Below are positions 46,187-55,266 of a DNA stretch of 64,000 nt, piece by piece. A program made the position numbers and the translations under genes. The stretch lies in the sequence record OL615012, one strand, 5' to 3'. Each line of letters begins with the position of its first letter. The first letter of the stretch is position 1. Source of the DNA: Shigella phage vB_SboM_Phaginator. Under the pieces are notes generated by a model that worked only from the letters and a program-made list of their open reading frames with translations, had not been told where the DNA came from and searched no databases.

Positions 46187-47188
46187 TTACTTAATTAACT
46201 GTAAAGCTTGTTCAAGACGATCCAAGCGATTGACAGATTCTTCCCAAATCTTTTTAGCCTGCTCATATTCTTTCTGCGCTTTATTAGAAATTTCTAGAAC
46301 TTCTTTATAAGCTTTTTCTAGTGCAATAACTTCTGGACGAATTTCTGCCGGTTCAGGCGAATCATCAAGATTATCCATTAGTTCCTCAAGGGTAGTTTCT
46401 TCTTTAGGAGTATTCACAATTTCATCACATTTTTGTTGGTAAATTTCTTTACTAGTAGGTGAATAAGTACATTTCACTTCACGAAGACTAATTACAATTT
46501 TATATCCTTCCCAGCCGCATATATTCTTAAAAGGATATGTATGAATATTTTCTACTGTTTCCATACAAAGTAATGCGGTCTCTAATTGACGAGTTATAGT
46601 GCTAGCAATTGAGAAAAATTTATTAATGTTCTTTTGGTTAGTTTCTGGTGTAAAAAATCCATAATTCACAAAAATAGATACTTTATTTTTATCAAGTTCA
46701 TATTCTTTTATGATAATCATATCAGAAGCCAAAGGATGAATTTGACGATAATCGCCATAACATAATTTAGAAGCTGATTTTAGAATCTGTCCTTTGAAAA
46801 GTCTGAAATTACTAATCCAACGACGAGTAAAAATATTCTCAGGGTCTTCTTTATTATTAAGATGATAAGAATTAACATCACCGAACCAATTATATCCTAC
46901 TACATCTTTGGTTCGTTTAATTTCTTTCCCAAAATTACCAAGAATATCCCGATTAACCAAATATGAAAGAAGACGAGACTCTTTAAAGGTTTTCTTGATA
47001 ACATCTTTATCTACACGGCTAGAAATTTTACGAATTTCATGAATAAATTTAGTAGAAGAAACAATACTTGCATCAACACTATTGAGCCATTGATTGATAA
47101 TAGAAAGAACGATATTTTGACCAAACATCGGTATAGCTTTATCATCAATAACGCTATTGAATGATTTGATATATTCGTTACGAGTCAT
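46187..47188 (-). CDS. hypothetical protein (~333 aa) with C-terminal coiled coil, 4th ORF after nrdC
   Basis: Trimmed to MTRNEYIKSF... after GAGGAG; Pro-rich linker then coiled-coil tail. Confidence 0.65.
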   Translation of the reverse strand: MTRNEYIKSFNSVIDDKAIPMFGQNIVLSIINQWLNSVDASIVSSTKFIHEIRKISSRVDKDVIKKTFKESRLLSYLVNRDILGNFGKEIKRTKDVVGYNWFGDVNSYHLNNKEDPENIFTRRWISNFRLFKGQILKSASKLCYGDYRQIHPLASDMIIIKEYELDKNKVSIFVNYGFFTPETNQKNINKFFSIASTITRQLETALLCMETVENIHTYPFKNICGWEGYKIVISLREVKCTYSPTSKEIYQQKCDEIVNTPKEETTLEELMDNLDDSPEPAEIRPEVIALEKAYKEVLEISNKAQKEYEQAKKIWEESVNRLDRLEQALQLIK

Positions 47189-47216
47189 AATAATCTCCTC
47201 AGTAGAAAGTAAGAAC

Positions 47217-47246
47217 ATTATACCACATCCTTGTGGCAATGTAAAC
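47217..47246 (-). promoter_or_regulatory. T4-type early promoter
   Basis: Minus strand GTTTAC-18 nt-TGGTATAAT. Confidence 0.7.
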
Positions 47247-48265
47247 TAGTTCAGTGCATTTAGTGCATTGTTCAGTTTAGAACGTTGCTTCGTAAGATTT
47301 TTGACTTTTTCTTGAGCTTTTTCCAACATCTTTTCAGCTTCTAGCACTTCATTGGTCGCTTTAACGAGTTCATCATCTACTGCCTTAAGAGACTTCTCAA
47401 TCGCGTCAGCGTGCCATTTTTCTACAGGTTTAAAATTTGAATTTTCAGTAGGAAGAAAATTCACTTTATTAAGTTTACATGCATCTATATTGCTTGAGCT
47501 ATACATCCAAAATTTAGGATCGTTTGATAAGTAATTGGATAAATTTAAGTTATCTTGCACTTCCTGCTTTTTCTCTTGCGGGACTTCGTCCTTTCTCAAA
47601 AAATCGTATTTAAATGAAACGATCATATCAAGTTCATATGATGTTGTATCTAACTTAAATCGTTCAAAACGAGGTAAAATCTTAGATTGAACAGCAGCAA
47701 CAACATCCATATACTTAAATGCTTCTGTCAACTGTGATTTAAGACATTCACAAATTGAAAGAGAATTTTTTGTATTAGGTTTAAAGCTAATTCGTGCAGT
47801 TCTATTATTTTCTTTTAACGGTCTTACTTCCATCTGAAGAGTATAACCATCAAATTTCAGGTTCTTTAAGTTAATATCAGAGCCTTTTAATCGACTAGCA
47901 GTAGACAAAATTTGCTTTAATTGTCTACGGAACAGAGCAATAAATCTCCATTCAATACGATAATGATTCGGATTGAAAAATCCAGATGATAAATCGACCT
48001 TACTTTGACCAACGCCTTGAACAAATAGAGGATTTTTATAATCAATAGTTTTACAGAAATCGGTGAGCTGCTCACGAGCAGTCATTTGTGTAATATATCC
48101 CGCTTTACTAAAATGACGTAACCATTCACTGCTATTCATATACTTAAAGTGAATATCACGATTAACTTTATCAGGGTCTAAATTATTTTGGCACAAAAAT
48201 GTCATAACATCACGAGTATAGCTGGCATTACGAACCATATCTTCAATTTGAGAACGAGTTTTCAT
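47246..48265 (-). CDS. hypothetical protein (339 aa) with C-terminal coiled coil, 5th ORF after nrdC
   Basis: Coiled-coil tail ...LEAEKMLEKAQEKVKNLTKQRSKLNNALNALN. Confidence 0.65.
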   Translation of the reverse strand: MKTRSQIEDMVRNASYTRDVMTFLCQNNLDPDKVNRDIHFKYMNSSEWLRHFSKAGYITQMTAREQLTDFCKTIDYKNPLFVQGVGQSKVDLSSGFFNPNHYRIEWRFIALFRRQLKQILSTASRLKGSDINLKNLKFDGYTLQMEVRPLKENNRTARISFKPNTKNSLSICECLKSQLTEAFKYMDVVAAVQSKILPRFERFKLDTTSYELDMIVSFKYDFLRKDEVPQEKKQEVQDNLNLSNYLSNDPKFWMYSSSNIDACKLNKVNFLPTENSNFKPVEKWHADAIEKSLKAVDDELVKATNEVLEAEKMLEKAQEKVKNLTKQRSKLNNALNALN

Positions 48266-48273
48266 GGTGTTCC

Positions 48274-49182
48274 TTAAGATTTAAGTAAATCAATAATTTT
48301 AATTAACTTTTCACGCTCAGATTTAGCTTTACTACTCAATCCAGATAGTCTGAAAATTTCATCATCATATTGTTGAATAGAAATATTCAGCTCTTCAATT
48401 TGCTTATTAAAATAATCAATTTGTTCAGAATGTTTTTCGTTACTACGAACTGGTACAGGTTTTGTAGGCAATTTAGTTGAACTGGATTCATCCGGGCGAT
48501 AAATTAAAATACAACTTGAACCAATTGGACATTTTGCACCAGATGAATATTCTAATGTTCCAGCTTCTTTTAAAACTTCAAAAGCTAAACAGAGATGATG
48601 CCCCATATTAACATAATCTGTAGAGCGAGCTCTGATGTAATAATCATCTCCGCGAATACTAAATTTAAAGCATTTAAGGTCTTCTGTATTATTGGTCTTA
48701 AAAATCATTTGTTTATCTAGACCTTTAGCTAATCGAGCGCCTAATGCTAATAATCGTCGTTGATTTTCCCACAAATCCGCAATCATTTGGTCAAATGATA
48801 ATTTCGGCATTAGTCGACCATAAAGGTCGTATCCTTTATTATAATTGCGAAGGATTTCACTCGCGTTAATACGAGACAATGCTCCAATTTTATTAAGGGC
48901 TTTCATGATGCGATTAGATAAACCCATTCCAGACCCGTTTGTTCGCTGTAAATGTTTTTCTAATCCAAATCCAATATCAACTTTAAACTTATCTAAAATT
49001 TCTGCATGAACATCTCTGTCAATAACATTCAAATCCAAAGTTGGGTTAAATCTATGAAAAAATTTATCTGGCTCTCCACGACGAAGTACAGTCCATTCAT
49101 TCAATTTTTTATTAACTAAAGATTTAATTACTGCATTGACATTATTAATTACTACTGACATATTTTCCTCACTCAATTTCAA
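48274..49182 (-). CDS. hypothetical protein (302 aa) with C-terminal coiled coil, 6th ORF after nrdC
   Basis: Pro-rich linker KLPTKPVPV then coiled-coil tail. Confidence 0.65.
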   Translation of the reverse strand: MKLSEENMSVVINNVNAVIKSLVNKKLNEWTVLRRGEPDKFFHRFNPTLDLNVIDRDVHAEILDKFKVDIGFGLEKHLQRTNGSGMGLSNRIMKALNKIGALSRINASEILRNYNKGYDLYGRLMPKLSFDQMIADLWENQRRLLALGARLAKGLDKQMIFKTNNTEDLKCFKFSIRGDDYYIRARSTDYVNMGHHLCLAFEVLKEAGTLEYSSGAKCPIGSSCILIYRPDESSSTKLPTKPVPVRSNEKHSEQIDYFNKQIEELNISIQQYDDEIFRLSGLSSKAKSEREKLIKIIDLLKS

Positions 49183-49576
49183 TTTTACTAAATACGCAGA
49201 ATATGATGGAAAAGACTATATAAGCACCGCATACAGATTGAACTAATACCATTCCAAAGAACCAAACAATATTATCAAACAATGTCTGTTTTACGTCGAA
49301 AGGACGTAAACTTACAGTAATATTATCGTCTTTTTCTATTGATGAATACATCTCTGGGGAAATATATTCGCTAAATCTATAACCGTCTTTGAGTTCATAT
49401 ACGGCAATAAACGATAAACTAGACCCCTTTCCTTGAGTTCCTGTAAGGGTATTAACTACAGTAACATCATAATCTTTATAATGCATATAATCATTAATTG
49501 CGTAATAACCATATGCAATTACTATACATAAACAACATATCAATAAATTCAATCTTTTAATTATCAACTGTTTCAT
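49169..49576 (-). CDS. membrane protein (135 aa), 7th ORF after nrdC
   Basis: N- and C-terminal hydrophobic helices. Confidence 0.6.
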   Translation of the reverse strand: MKQLIIKRLNLLICCLCIVIAYGYYAINDYMHYKDYDVTVVNTLTGTQGKGSSLSFIAVYELKDGYRFSEYISPEMYSSIEKDDNITVSLRPFDVKQTLFDNIVWFFGMVLVQSVCGAYIVFSIIFCVFSKIEIE

Positions 49577-49631
49577 AATAATCTCAATTAAAAGGGCTTA
49601 GAACCATTATACCATCCTTGGTATAAAGCGG

Positions 49632-50159
49632 TTATGCGAGTACCGTCTTTAACCGTTCTTCAAACTTCCGAAGAGTATTTTGGCGTTCAGCTCTTTGCTT
49701 TTTGTAAGTTTCAATACGCTCTGAAATGAGAGTGTATCGTTCATTTACTGATTCTTTCATAAAATCAGGAATTTCACGAGAAGCTTTAATCTCGTCAAAT
49801 TTATCAATAACAGCTTGCTCTTCAGCAATTAAGTTATCATACATCAAAATATCTTTCTTGATGAACTCAATATCTTCTTGAGTTACACGAGATAATTTAG
49901 ATGCTTTATCCTTTTTGTACTGTTCGTTAGTATCACGAGACCAGTGTAATGTACGATTTTTATTCGTATTTTTGTAAATTTCTACAATACCAATCTCATC
50001 GATAATAACGATCCAATTCCAACGGGATTTGTAAATTTGTCCTCCATCAACCGTGATTTCACCTCCGATTGAGATGTCATTAAAGAACTTGCTTTGTGCT
50101 TCTGATTTAAATTTACCATCGTTGTAATTTACCAGGTTGAAAATATCTTTAGCGTTCAT
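49632..50159 (-). CDS. hypothetical protein (175 aa), 8th ORF after nrdC
   Basis: Trimmed to MNAKDIFNLVNY... after GGAGGA; the track N-terminus is translated promoter. Confidence 0.6.
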   Translation of the reverse strand: MNAKDIFNLVNYNDGKFKSEAQSKFFNDISIGGEITVDGGQIYKSRWNWIVIIDEIGIVEIYKNTNKNRTLHWSRDTNEQYKKDKASKLSRVTQEDIEFIKKDILMYDNLIAEEQAVIDKFDEIKASREIPDFMKESVNERYTLISERIETYKKQRAERQNTLRKFEERLKTVLA

Positions 50160-50187
50160 TTTGTGTTCCTCCGTAGTTGATAGTTGT

Positions 50188-50217
50188 ATAGTACCACAGA
50201 GGAACAGTCTTGTAAAC
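50188..50217 (-). promoter_or_regulatory. T4-type early promoter (TACTAT -10) with conserved leader
   Basis: Minus strand GTTTAC-18 nt-TGGTACTATACAACTATCAACTAC. Confidence 0.6.
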
Positions 50218-50219
50218 AA

Positions 50220-50534
50220 CTAAAAGAAACTTCTTTCACAATTTTTTCCACTGAACCATGCACTGACCGCTTTCTTAGTCTCAGGAGCAGTGTTATCCAT
50301 AAACCATTCAAAGGCAGCCTTTTTATGATTCTGGAGGGCTTCTCGGGCTTTAATCTGCTCACGGTCTATTAACACTAATACGTGAGCCTTTCTTGTCACC
50401 ATGGGCTTCTTATGATTTTTTGAATACTCCCAATCATTTGTCCATCGCATCGTTGTTGCGAACTGATGAACCGCGTCTTTAATTTTAGTTTCATAAATTT
50501 CACGAGCCTTTGAGTATAACATCATTACCTCCAT
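50220..50534 (-). CDS. hypothetical protein (104 aa), 9th ORF after nrdC
   Basis: ORF-track ORF. Confidence 0.55.
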   Translation of the reverse strand: MEVMMLYSKAREIYETKIKDAVHQFATTMRWTNDWEYSKNHKKPMVTRKAHVLVLIDREQIKAREALQNHKKAAFEWFMDNTAPETKKAVSAWFSGKNCERSFF

Positions 50535-50623
50535 TTACCAGTTTAATTCTAGTCATCTTTTTAATGGCAGTCCATATAATCTATTTCTGAACTGCCTTTT
50601 TGTCATAGAAGTCCTCTTATGAA

Positions 50624-51592
50624 TTATTTCAGAAGAGTAACCTCAGCAATTTCTTCCCAACCGTTTTTGTCGGTCATAATAAAGTCAGCAAGATAAAGTG
50701 CAGTACGCAGTGAAACATTGCGTAAACGATTAACATTAACTTTCATCCATGATAATGCTTTATAAGTTTCTTCATCAGAAAGACCGCGCTTTTGCATCAT
50801 GTCAGTTGAAAGAATAACATCTTCAACCCTGACCATAATTTCTTCATTAGTGTGAACACCCAAATCTAAATAAACTGAGCGGGACACTAATGCTTGTAAA
50901 TGTGGAGCAAGTTTAGTACCACGGTCTAATTCGCGGTCAATGTCAACGTTTGTGATAAAAACAATCGTTCCTTTAAATTCAAACTCACGCTCAATGCCTT
51001 TTTCTTCTAAGTAAGAAGATGCAGTGCTCCAGCAGACTTTACGGGTCTCTCCAGTGTCCAGAGCAGCTTTCAGAAGATTAAGAATGTCCATATCAGAGAA
51101 AACATCCACATCATCAATCAAAAGGACAGAATTCTCTTCACGATTATTCCAAAGTTGTTCATAAAGACCGATACCGGAGATTTTACCGTTAATGCTTTTA
51201 TATTCAATGTATCCAATATCATTTGCTTTATTTAAAGCTTTATCTAAAGAATACGTTTTACCAATACCCGCCGCACCAGAGATAATTAATGAACGAATGT
51301 TTCCGTTAATAATACCATTCGTCATCATTCCCATAACATTAAATCTTTTATTAATGCGGGTTTTCATATCTTCATATGATTCTTTAACTTCTTCAACTTT
51401 TACACCATCATATGAAATGTCTGATTTGTAAACCCAAACACCGCGACGCTTACCGTCAATTTCAACAAAAACTTTACCATCTCCTTGTGCATCCACCGGA
51501 GCATTATCTGGGAACCATTCGCCTAAGAGCTCAAAAGTTCCAGAGATTTCTTTACCGAAGTAGATACCCTTATTGATAGTTACAGTTTTCAT
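50624..51592 (-). CDS. P-loop ATPase (AAA-like), 10th ORF after nrdC
   Basis: Trimmed to MKTVTINKGIYF... (322 aa); Walker A ISGAAGIGKTY, Walker B VLLIDDVDVF. Confidence 0.7.
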   Translation of the reverse strand: MKTVTINKGIYFGKEISGTFELLGEWFPDNAPVDAQGDGKVFVEIDGKRRGVWVYKSDISYDGVKVEEVKESYEDMKTRINKRFNVMGMMTNGIINGNIRSLIISGAAGIGKTYSLDKALNKANDIGYIEYKSINGKISGIGLYEQLWNNREENSVLLIDDVDVFSDMDILNLLKAALDTGETRKVCWSTASSYLEEKGIEREFEFKGTIVFITNVDIDRELDRGTKLAPHLQALVSRSVYLDLGVHTNEEIMVRVEDVILSTDMMQKRGLSDEETYKALSWMKVNVNRLRNVSLRTALYLADFIMTDKNGWEEIAEVTLLK

Positions 51593-51626
51593 TTTATTCT
51601 CCAAATCCGTATCAGTTGATAGTTGT

Positions 51627-51656
51627 ATAGTACCATAAAGCTTTATGCTTGTAAAC
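51627..51656 (-). promoter_or_regulatory. T4-type early promoter (TACTAT -10) with conserved leader
   Basis: Minus strand GTTTAC-18 nt-TGGTACTATACAACTATCAACTGATACGGATTTGGAGAATAAAATG. Confidence 0.6.
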
Positions 51657-51680
51657 TGTTTTGTGAAAAATTTTTGAAAT

Positions 51681-51705
51681 AAAAAAAGGGAGCCCGAAGG
51701 CTCCC
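51681..51705 (-). terminator. intrinsic terminator
   Basis: Minus strand GGGAGCC-UUCG-GGCUCCC followed by UUUUUUU. Confidence 0.75.
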
Positions 51706-51707
51706 TA

Positions 51708-52721
51708 TCATTTATAATAACTTCGGTGGTTTTCAAGATAGACCTTCTCAAGGAAGTCATCCCAGAAACTCATGTCTACTTTTTGCTGCATACCGTTCTT
51801 AGAAGCTTCAGTAGATGCTGCTTCTACTTGATCGACCACATCTTCCAAAAACTCTTGAACCGTTTTAAATGGATGCTTACCCAACTTCACGTCAAGAATA
51901 AATGGAGCATCTTTGAGTGGATAAACCAAGTCACCAGTTTTGTAAATTTCCAATAGTTGGAGTCCACCACGGCAAGCATGACTCAGAGCTTTCCAGTCAA
52001 TACCTTCATTGGCTTCGGCCTTACGAGCACGTTCACCATATTCAGCATCTAATTTGTTCAGTGACTGCTTAAGCTCAATAAGAGAAAGCGTTGTCTGATA
52101 TTTACGACCCAACACAGTGTAGAACGTTTGTGGGCCTGTTTTCTCATGATTATGGAACACCCATTCACAGAATTCGTTTTCTGGAAGACGATGCTTAATA
52201 TCTTCAACTTTAGTGCGACGCTGCTTAATGGAACCGTCTTCTTGGTAATCAACCCATTGCTCGGGGATTTGATTAACTACTTTCAATACATCACGTAATG
52301 CAGCCAAACGAGAACCCTTGACACCGTATTTAGAAGCTTGCTTGCGGACATATCCTAAATAGGATTTCATGTTAGTCGTATAAAAACGAGAACGGTTGTC
52401 TTGAATAAACTTCCACACATCAGGCAAATCAGATTTAACCACTAGTTCAGGTGGAGTGTGAAGCATATCCAATGCTACAGTTTCACCATCTGCTGCTAAT
52501 TTAAAGAAATATTTAAGACTGTATAGTTCATGGTCAATATCATCTTTAGTGTTTTTAGATGATGTGTTGTTAGTGTTTTTACTCATGTGCTCTTTAACGT
52601 TTCCGATAAGAATATCACGAGCAGGAGGAACAAAGATTTCTTTAAAATCTACATCAGATTCTGGAGTAGAAGTTCCATAAAGATGACTACCAAAATAGCT
52701 TTTCATTACTGTTTTCATCAT
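51708..52721 (-). CDS. predicted nucleotidyltransferase (Pol-beta superfamily-like), 11th ORF after nrdC
   Basis: 337-aa ORF; N-terminal GSHLYGTSTPESDVDF fits the G[GS]-x9-13-DxD signature. Confidence 0.6.
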   Translation of the reverse strand: MMKTVMKSYFGSHLYGTSTPESDVDFKEIFVPPARDILIGNVKEHMSKNTNNTSSKNTKDDIDHELYSLKYFFKLAADGETVALDMLHTPPELVVKSDLPDVWKFIQDNRSRFYTTNMKSYLGYVRKQASKYGVKGSRLAALRDVLKVVNQIPEQWVDYQEDGSIKQRRTKVEDIKHRLPENEFCEWVFHNHEKTGPQTFYTVLGRKYQTTLSLIELKQSLNKLDAEYGERARKAEANEGIDWKALSHACRGGLQLLEIYKTGDLVYPLKDAPFILDVKLGKHPFKTVQEFLEDVVDQVEAASTEASKNGMQQKVDMSFWDDFLEKVYLENHRSYYK

Positions 52722-53179
52722 TCAGCCTTATATTCAATAACAGGACATACTTTAGCTTTACGAGCTTTTAAAAATTCAACGATAATCGATTTCTTGGGTT
52801 GAATAGGAGGTAAACCTTTATACGCTCTATCAATATTTTCTACGTGTAAAGCATAGTCCTTTTTCCATTTATAATCTTTATATTTTTCACGCAGTTGTGC
52901 AGGAATAACAAATGAACCGATAATAAGTAAAACAACCAAAAGCGCAAGTATAAATGCTGATGGAAGAAGAGTCCATAAACTACCGAAAATAAGCCAACGT
53001 TGTAGGCTTTCTGCACAAATAATTGTTAGCCCTACGAGTATAGTACACCCAAAAATAGAAACGAAAAATGTAGGAATGGCAATAGACCAAAAATATGCGC
53101 ATAGTGTCTTAGGTCGTTGCCATTCATCGTTAAACAATTTGAATAATTTATAGTGCCAAGAGTTTTCATTAATAATCAT
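52718..53179 (-). CDS. multi-pass membrane protein (153 aa)
   Basis: Three to four hydrophobic helices. Confidence 0.6.
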   Translation of the reverse strand: MIINENSWHYKLFKLFNDEWQRPKTLCAYFWSIAIPTFFVSIFGCTILVGLTIICAESLQRWLIFGSLWTLLPSAFILALLVVLLIIGSFVIPAQLREKYKDYKWKKDYALHVENIDRAYKGLPPIQPKKSIIVEFLKARKAKVCPVIEYKAE

Positions 53180-53181
53180 AA

Positions 53182-53703
53182 TTATCCTTTCATTGAAGGC
53201 GTAACGGTTGTTAAATACTTAATCATCGCTTCAGCTTCTGATTTTGATAATGAAATTTCTCCATTGTTTTGACGAATAGAAATAAAATCCGGATGACGGT
53301 CACCACCAGCTTTTAAAACACACATATAAGTATCAGTTTCATCTTCAATATTTGAAATGATTGAAGCAGTTCCACATGAATGCGGTTTTTGATAAATCAA
53401 TACAGCTTTTCTTCCGCCATTTGACTGTTCATAAACTTTTAATACATCAAACAAATCACTTCTTTTATCAATAGCTAAAATGTTATTTTCATCTTCAATG
53501 TTAAATCCTTCGGATACTTCATAAAGTGTTACCCATAAATCACCGATGTCAATAACAGCATTTACTTTTCCACGGCTTTCAAGAGTATGACAAATTTTCT
53601 TGATTTCGTCATAACTCATTTTAATAATATCATCTCCTTGACTAAGAAAGATGTCATTTTTAAATTCAACACGAATTAAACCGCTTTCACTTGAAATAAA
53701 CAT
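53182..53703 (-). CDS. hypothetical protein (173 aa), paralog of next ORF
   Basis: C-terminus SKSEAEAMIKYLTTVTPSM parallels TKDEAIALKTYLDSVIPTM of the neighbour. Confidence 0.6.
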   Translation of the reverse strand: MFISSESGLIRVEFKNDIFLSQGDDIIKMSYDEIKKICHTLESRGKVNAVIDIGDLWVTLYEVSEGFNIEDENNILAIDKRSDLFDVLKVYEQSNGGRKAVLIYQKPHSCGTASIISNIEDETDTYMCVLKAGGDRHPDFISIRQNNGEISLSKSEAEAMIKYLTTVTPSMKG

Positions 53704-53709
53704 ATTTCC

Positions 53710-54252
53710 TCACTTTGAAATCATAGTTGGAATAACAGAATCAAGATAAGTCTTTAGTGCAATAGCTTCGTCTTTGGTAAATGTGACAATATGCGATCGA
53801 AAATCATCAATTTGACGAATAGTTAAGACATCTCCATCTTCATAACATTTTGATACGTTTAAAACAGTTTCATCATTCTGATTGCAAGCGTTAGTAATAA
53901 TAGCATTGCAATTTTTAAACCATTTTAAACTATGTTTTCTTTCATTAGAATAATAAAAATATTTAATCTTAGTTATAAAATTATCCCAATTATTAATTGA
54001 TAAGCATATTGACTCGCTTTCAATATTAAATCCTGGGCATAAAGAATAGAAATGAATTTTATGCTCATCATTAATGCTTACAATTTTATCAGTATAAGAA
54101 TTTTCAATTTGGGTTAAACGAACAATTTCGTTAGGCGTAAAATATAGCATATCGTCTTCTTGTGTCAAACGATACATATTATTTACTTTTTCTATAGCCA
54201 ATTCACCAAAAAGTGAACTAACTTCTAATACTAATCGTTTCGCCTCACTCAT
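53710..54252 (-). CDS. hypothetical protein (~180 aa), paralog of previous ORF
   Basis: ORF-track ORF trimmed from GTG to adjacent ATG; shared internal GFNIE and C-terminal motifs. Confidence 0.6.
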   Translation of the reverse strand: MSEAKRLVLEVSSLFGELAIEKVNNMYRLTQEDDMLYFTPNEIVRLTQIENSYTDKIVSINDEHKIHFYSLCPGFNIESESICLSINNWDNFITKIKYFYYSNERKHSLKWFKNCNAIITNACNQNDETVLNVSKCYEDGDVLTIRQIDDFRSHIVTFTKDEAIALKTYLDSVIPTMISK

Positions 54253-54359
54253 CACTGTATACTCCTCTGAATCATATCAATAATGTTGTTCACCAGATTA
54301 TAAGTAAACATTGGGTAATTATATTGAATCATCACATACACAACAAACAAAATTTTCAT
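54252..54359 (-). CDS. small hydrophobic peptide (35 aa)
   Basis: Hand-translated MKILFVVYVMIQYNYPMFTYNLVNNIIDMIQRSIQ; stop overlaps the next start. Confidence 0.3.
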   Translation of the reverse strand: MKILFVVYVMIQYNYPMFTYNLVNNIIDMIQRSIQ

Positions 54360-54386
54360 TCTCTTCTCCTTGACAGTTGACAAGAT

Positions 54387-54416
54387 TACTATACCATAAC
54401 CTTGCCAACTTGTAAA
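54387..54416 (-). promoter_or_regulatory. T4-type early promoter
   Basis: Minus strand GTTTAC-18 nt-TGGTATAGT. Confidence 0.6.
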
Positions 54417-54419
54417 CCA

Positions 54420-54593
54420 TTAAATGACGTTTTCAATAAAATTCTGAAGCTTTGTGTGAGCATCAACCATGATTTTCATTTCTTCCTTTGCGAAAGCTGT
54501 ACCTCTTTCCCGAGCAGAATACTCATAGTCAGAAACTGCATTAGCATATTCTTCAATTAGTTTCATTAAAAACATCTGCTTTTCAGTTTTCAT
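54420..54593 (-). CDS. small hypothetical protein (57 aa)
   Basis: Hand-translated MKTEKQMFLMKLIEEYANAVSDYEYSARERGTAFAKEEMKIMVDAHTKLQNFIENVI; overlaps upstream stop. Confidence 0.4.
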   Translation of the reverse strand: MKTEKQMFLMKLIEEYANAVSDYEYSARERGTAFAKEEMKIMVDAHTKLQNFIENVI

Positions 54594-54777
54594 TATTCCA
54601 CCTAATCATTTCAAGATATTGAACTAACTTAGCTTTAGATTTATCCAAATCCTTTTTAGCTGCTTCTATACCGTCGTATGAATATCCTTCACAATGCTCA
54701 ACTGCTAATTGATATGAATCTATTTCAATATCACGTGCTAATTTAATGATTTTTTCAAACTGTTCGCGTGTTAGCAT
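54583..54777 (-). CDS. hypothetical protein (64 aa)
   Basis: ORF-track ORF. Confidence 0.5.
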   Translation of the reverse strand: MLTREQFEKIIKLARDIEIDSYQLAVEHCEGYSYDGIEAAKKDLDKSKAKLVQYLEMIRWNNEN

Positions 54778-54779
54778 AC

Positions 54780-55019
54780 TTAAACTCTCGTATTATGATC
54801 GATAATTTCATCAAGAAACATATCTAACGCTTCTAAAGCATTATCAACTTTAGCTTCAAGTTCATCAATACCTTTATTTGCAATGCCTGACGAAAACCAA
54901 GCAAAGTCACTAAGTTCCTCATCTGCTTTACGAATTGAAGCCACTAATTCCTTGATTTTATCTGCTTGCTCTATACTAATCATTATTCCACCACATATGA
55001 AAGAGAGAATATTGCACAC
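54780..55019 (-). CDS. hypothetical acidic protein (up to 79 aa)
   Basis: ORF-track ORF; true start probably an internal Met ([13 protein letters not shown]...). Confidence 0.5.
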   Translation of the reverse strand: MCNILSFICGGIMISIEQADKIKELVASIRKADEELSDFAWFSSGIANKGIDELEAKVDNALEALDMFLDEIIDHNTRV

Positions 55020-55171
55020 GCCATGTGAGTTGCAACTTCATCACACATATTATAACGTTTCTTAAGAAGTTCTACAAGTTCTTCACTAGTAACTTCATCC
55101 ATGTTGACGAAAAAATCACCATTAATGATGACGTAGATATTTCCTTCTTGATTGAGTGCTTCAATTTTCAT
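54983..55171 (-). CDS. hypothetical protein (62 aa)
   Basis: Trimmed to [14 protein letters not shown]... after GAGGAG; the track N-terminus is translated promoter. Confidence 0.55.
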   Translation of the reverse strand: MKIEALNQEGNIYVIINGDFFVNMDEVTSEELVELLKKRYNMCDEVATHMACAIFSLSYVVE

Positions 55172-55199
55172 GATGTTCTCCTCTTTATCCGATGGTTGT

Positions 55200-55229
55200 A
55201 TAGTACCACGGCTCAAACAGAAAGTAAAC
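55200..55229 (-). promoter_or_regulatory. T4-type early promoter (TACTAT -10)
   Basis: Minus strand GTTTAC-18 nt-TGGTACTATACAACCATCGG. Confidence 0.6.
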
Positions 55230-55240
55230 CGGTAAAATGA

Positions 55241-55261
55241 AAAAAGTCTCCCGAAGGAGAC
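55241..55261 (-). terminator. intrinsic terminator
   Basis: Minus strand GUCUCC-UUCG-GGAGAC followed by UUUUUU. Confidence 0.7.
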
Positions 55262-55266
55262 TAATG

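Noticed and set aside
5800-55216. N-terminal extensions in the ORF track (MENKM..., MWYYNTIATEDNK..., MPLIFVPYVLL..., MFTRLFLCGTIQLST..., MTSLRRSIL...YGTIQLSTDTDLENK..., [14 protein letters not shown]...)
   Set aside because: These are translated promoter and leader DNA, often from TTG or GTG; real starts set at the first ATG after the SD
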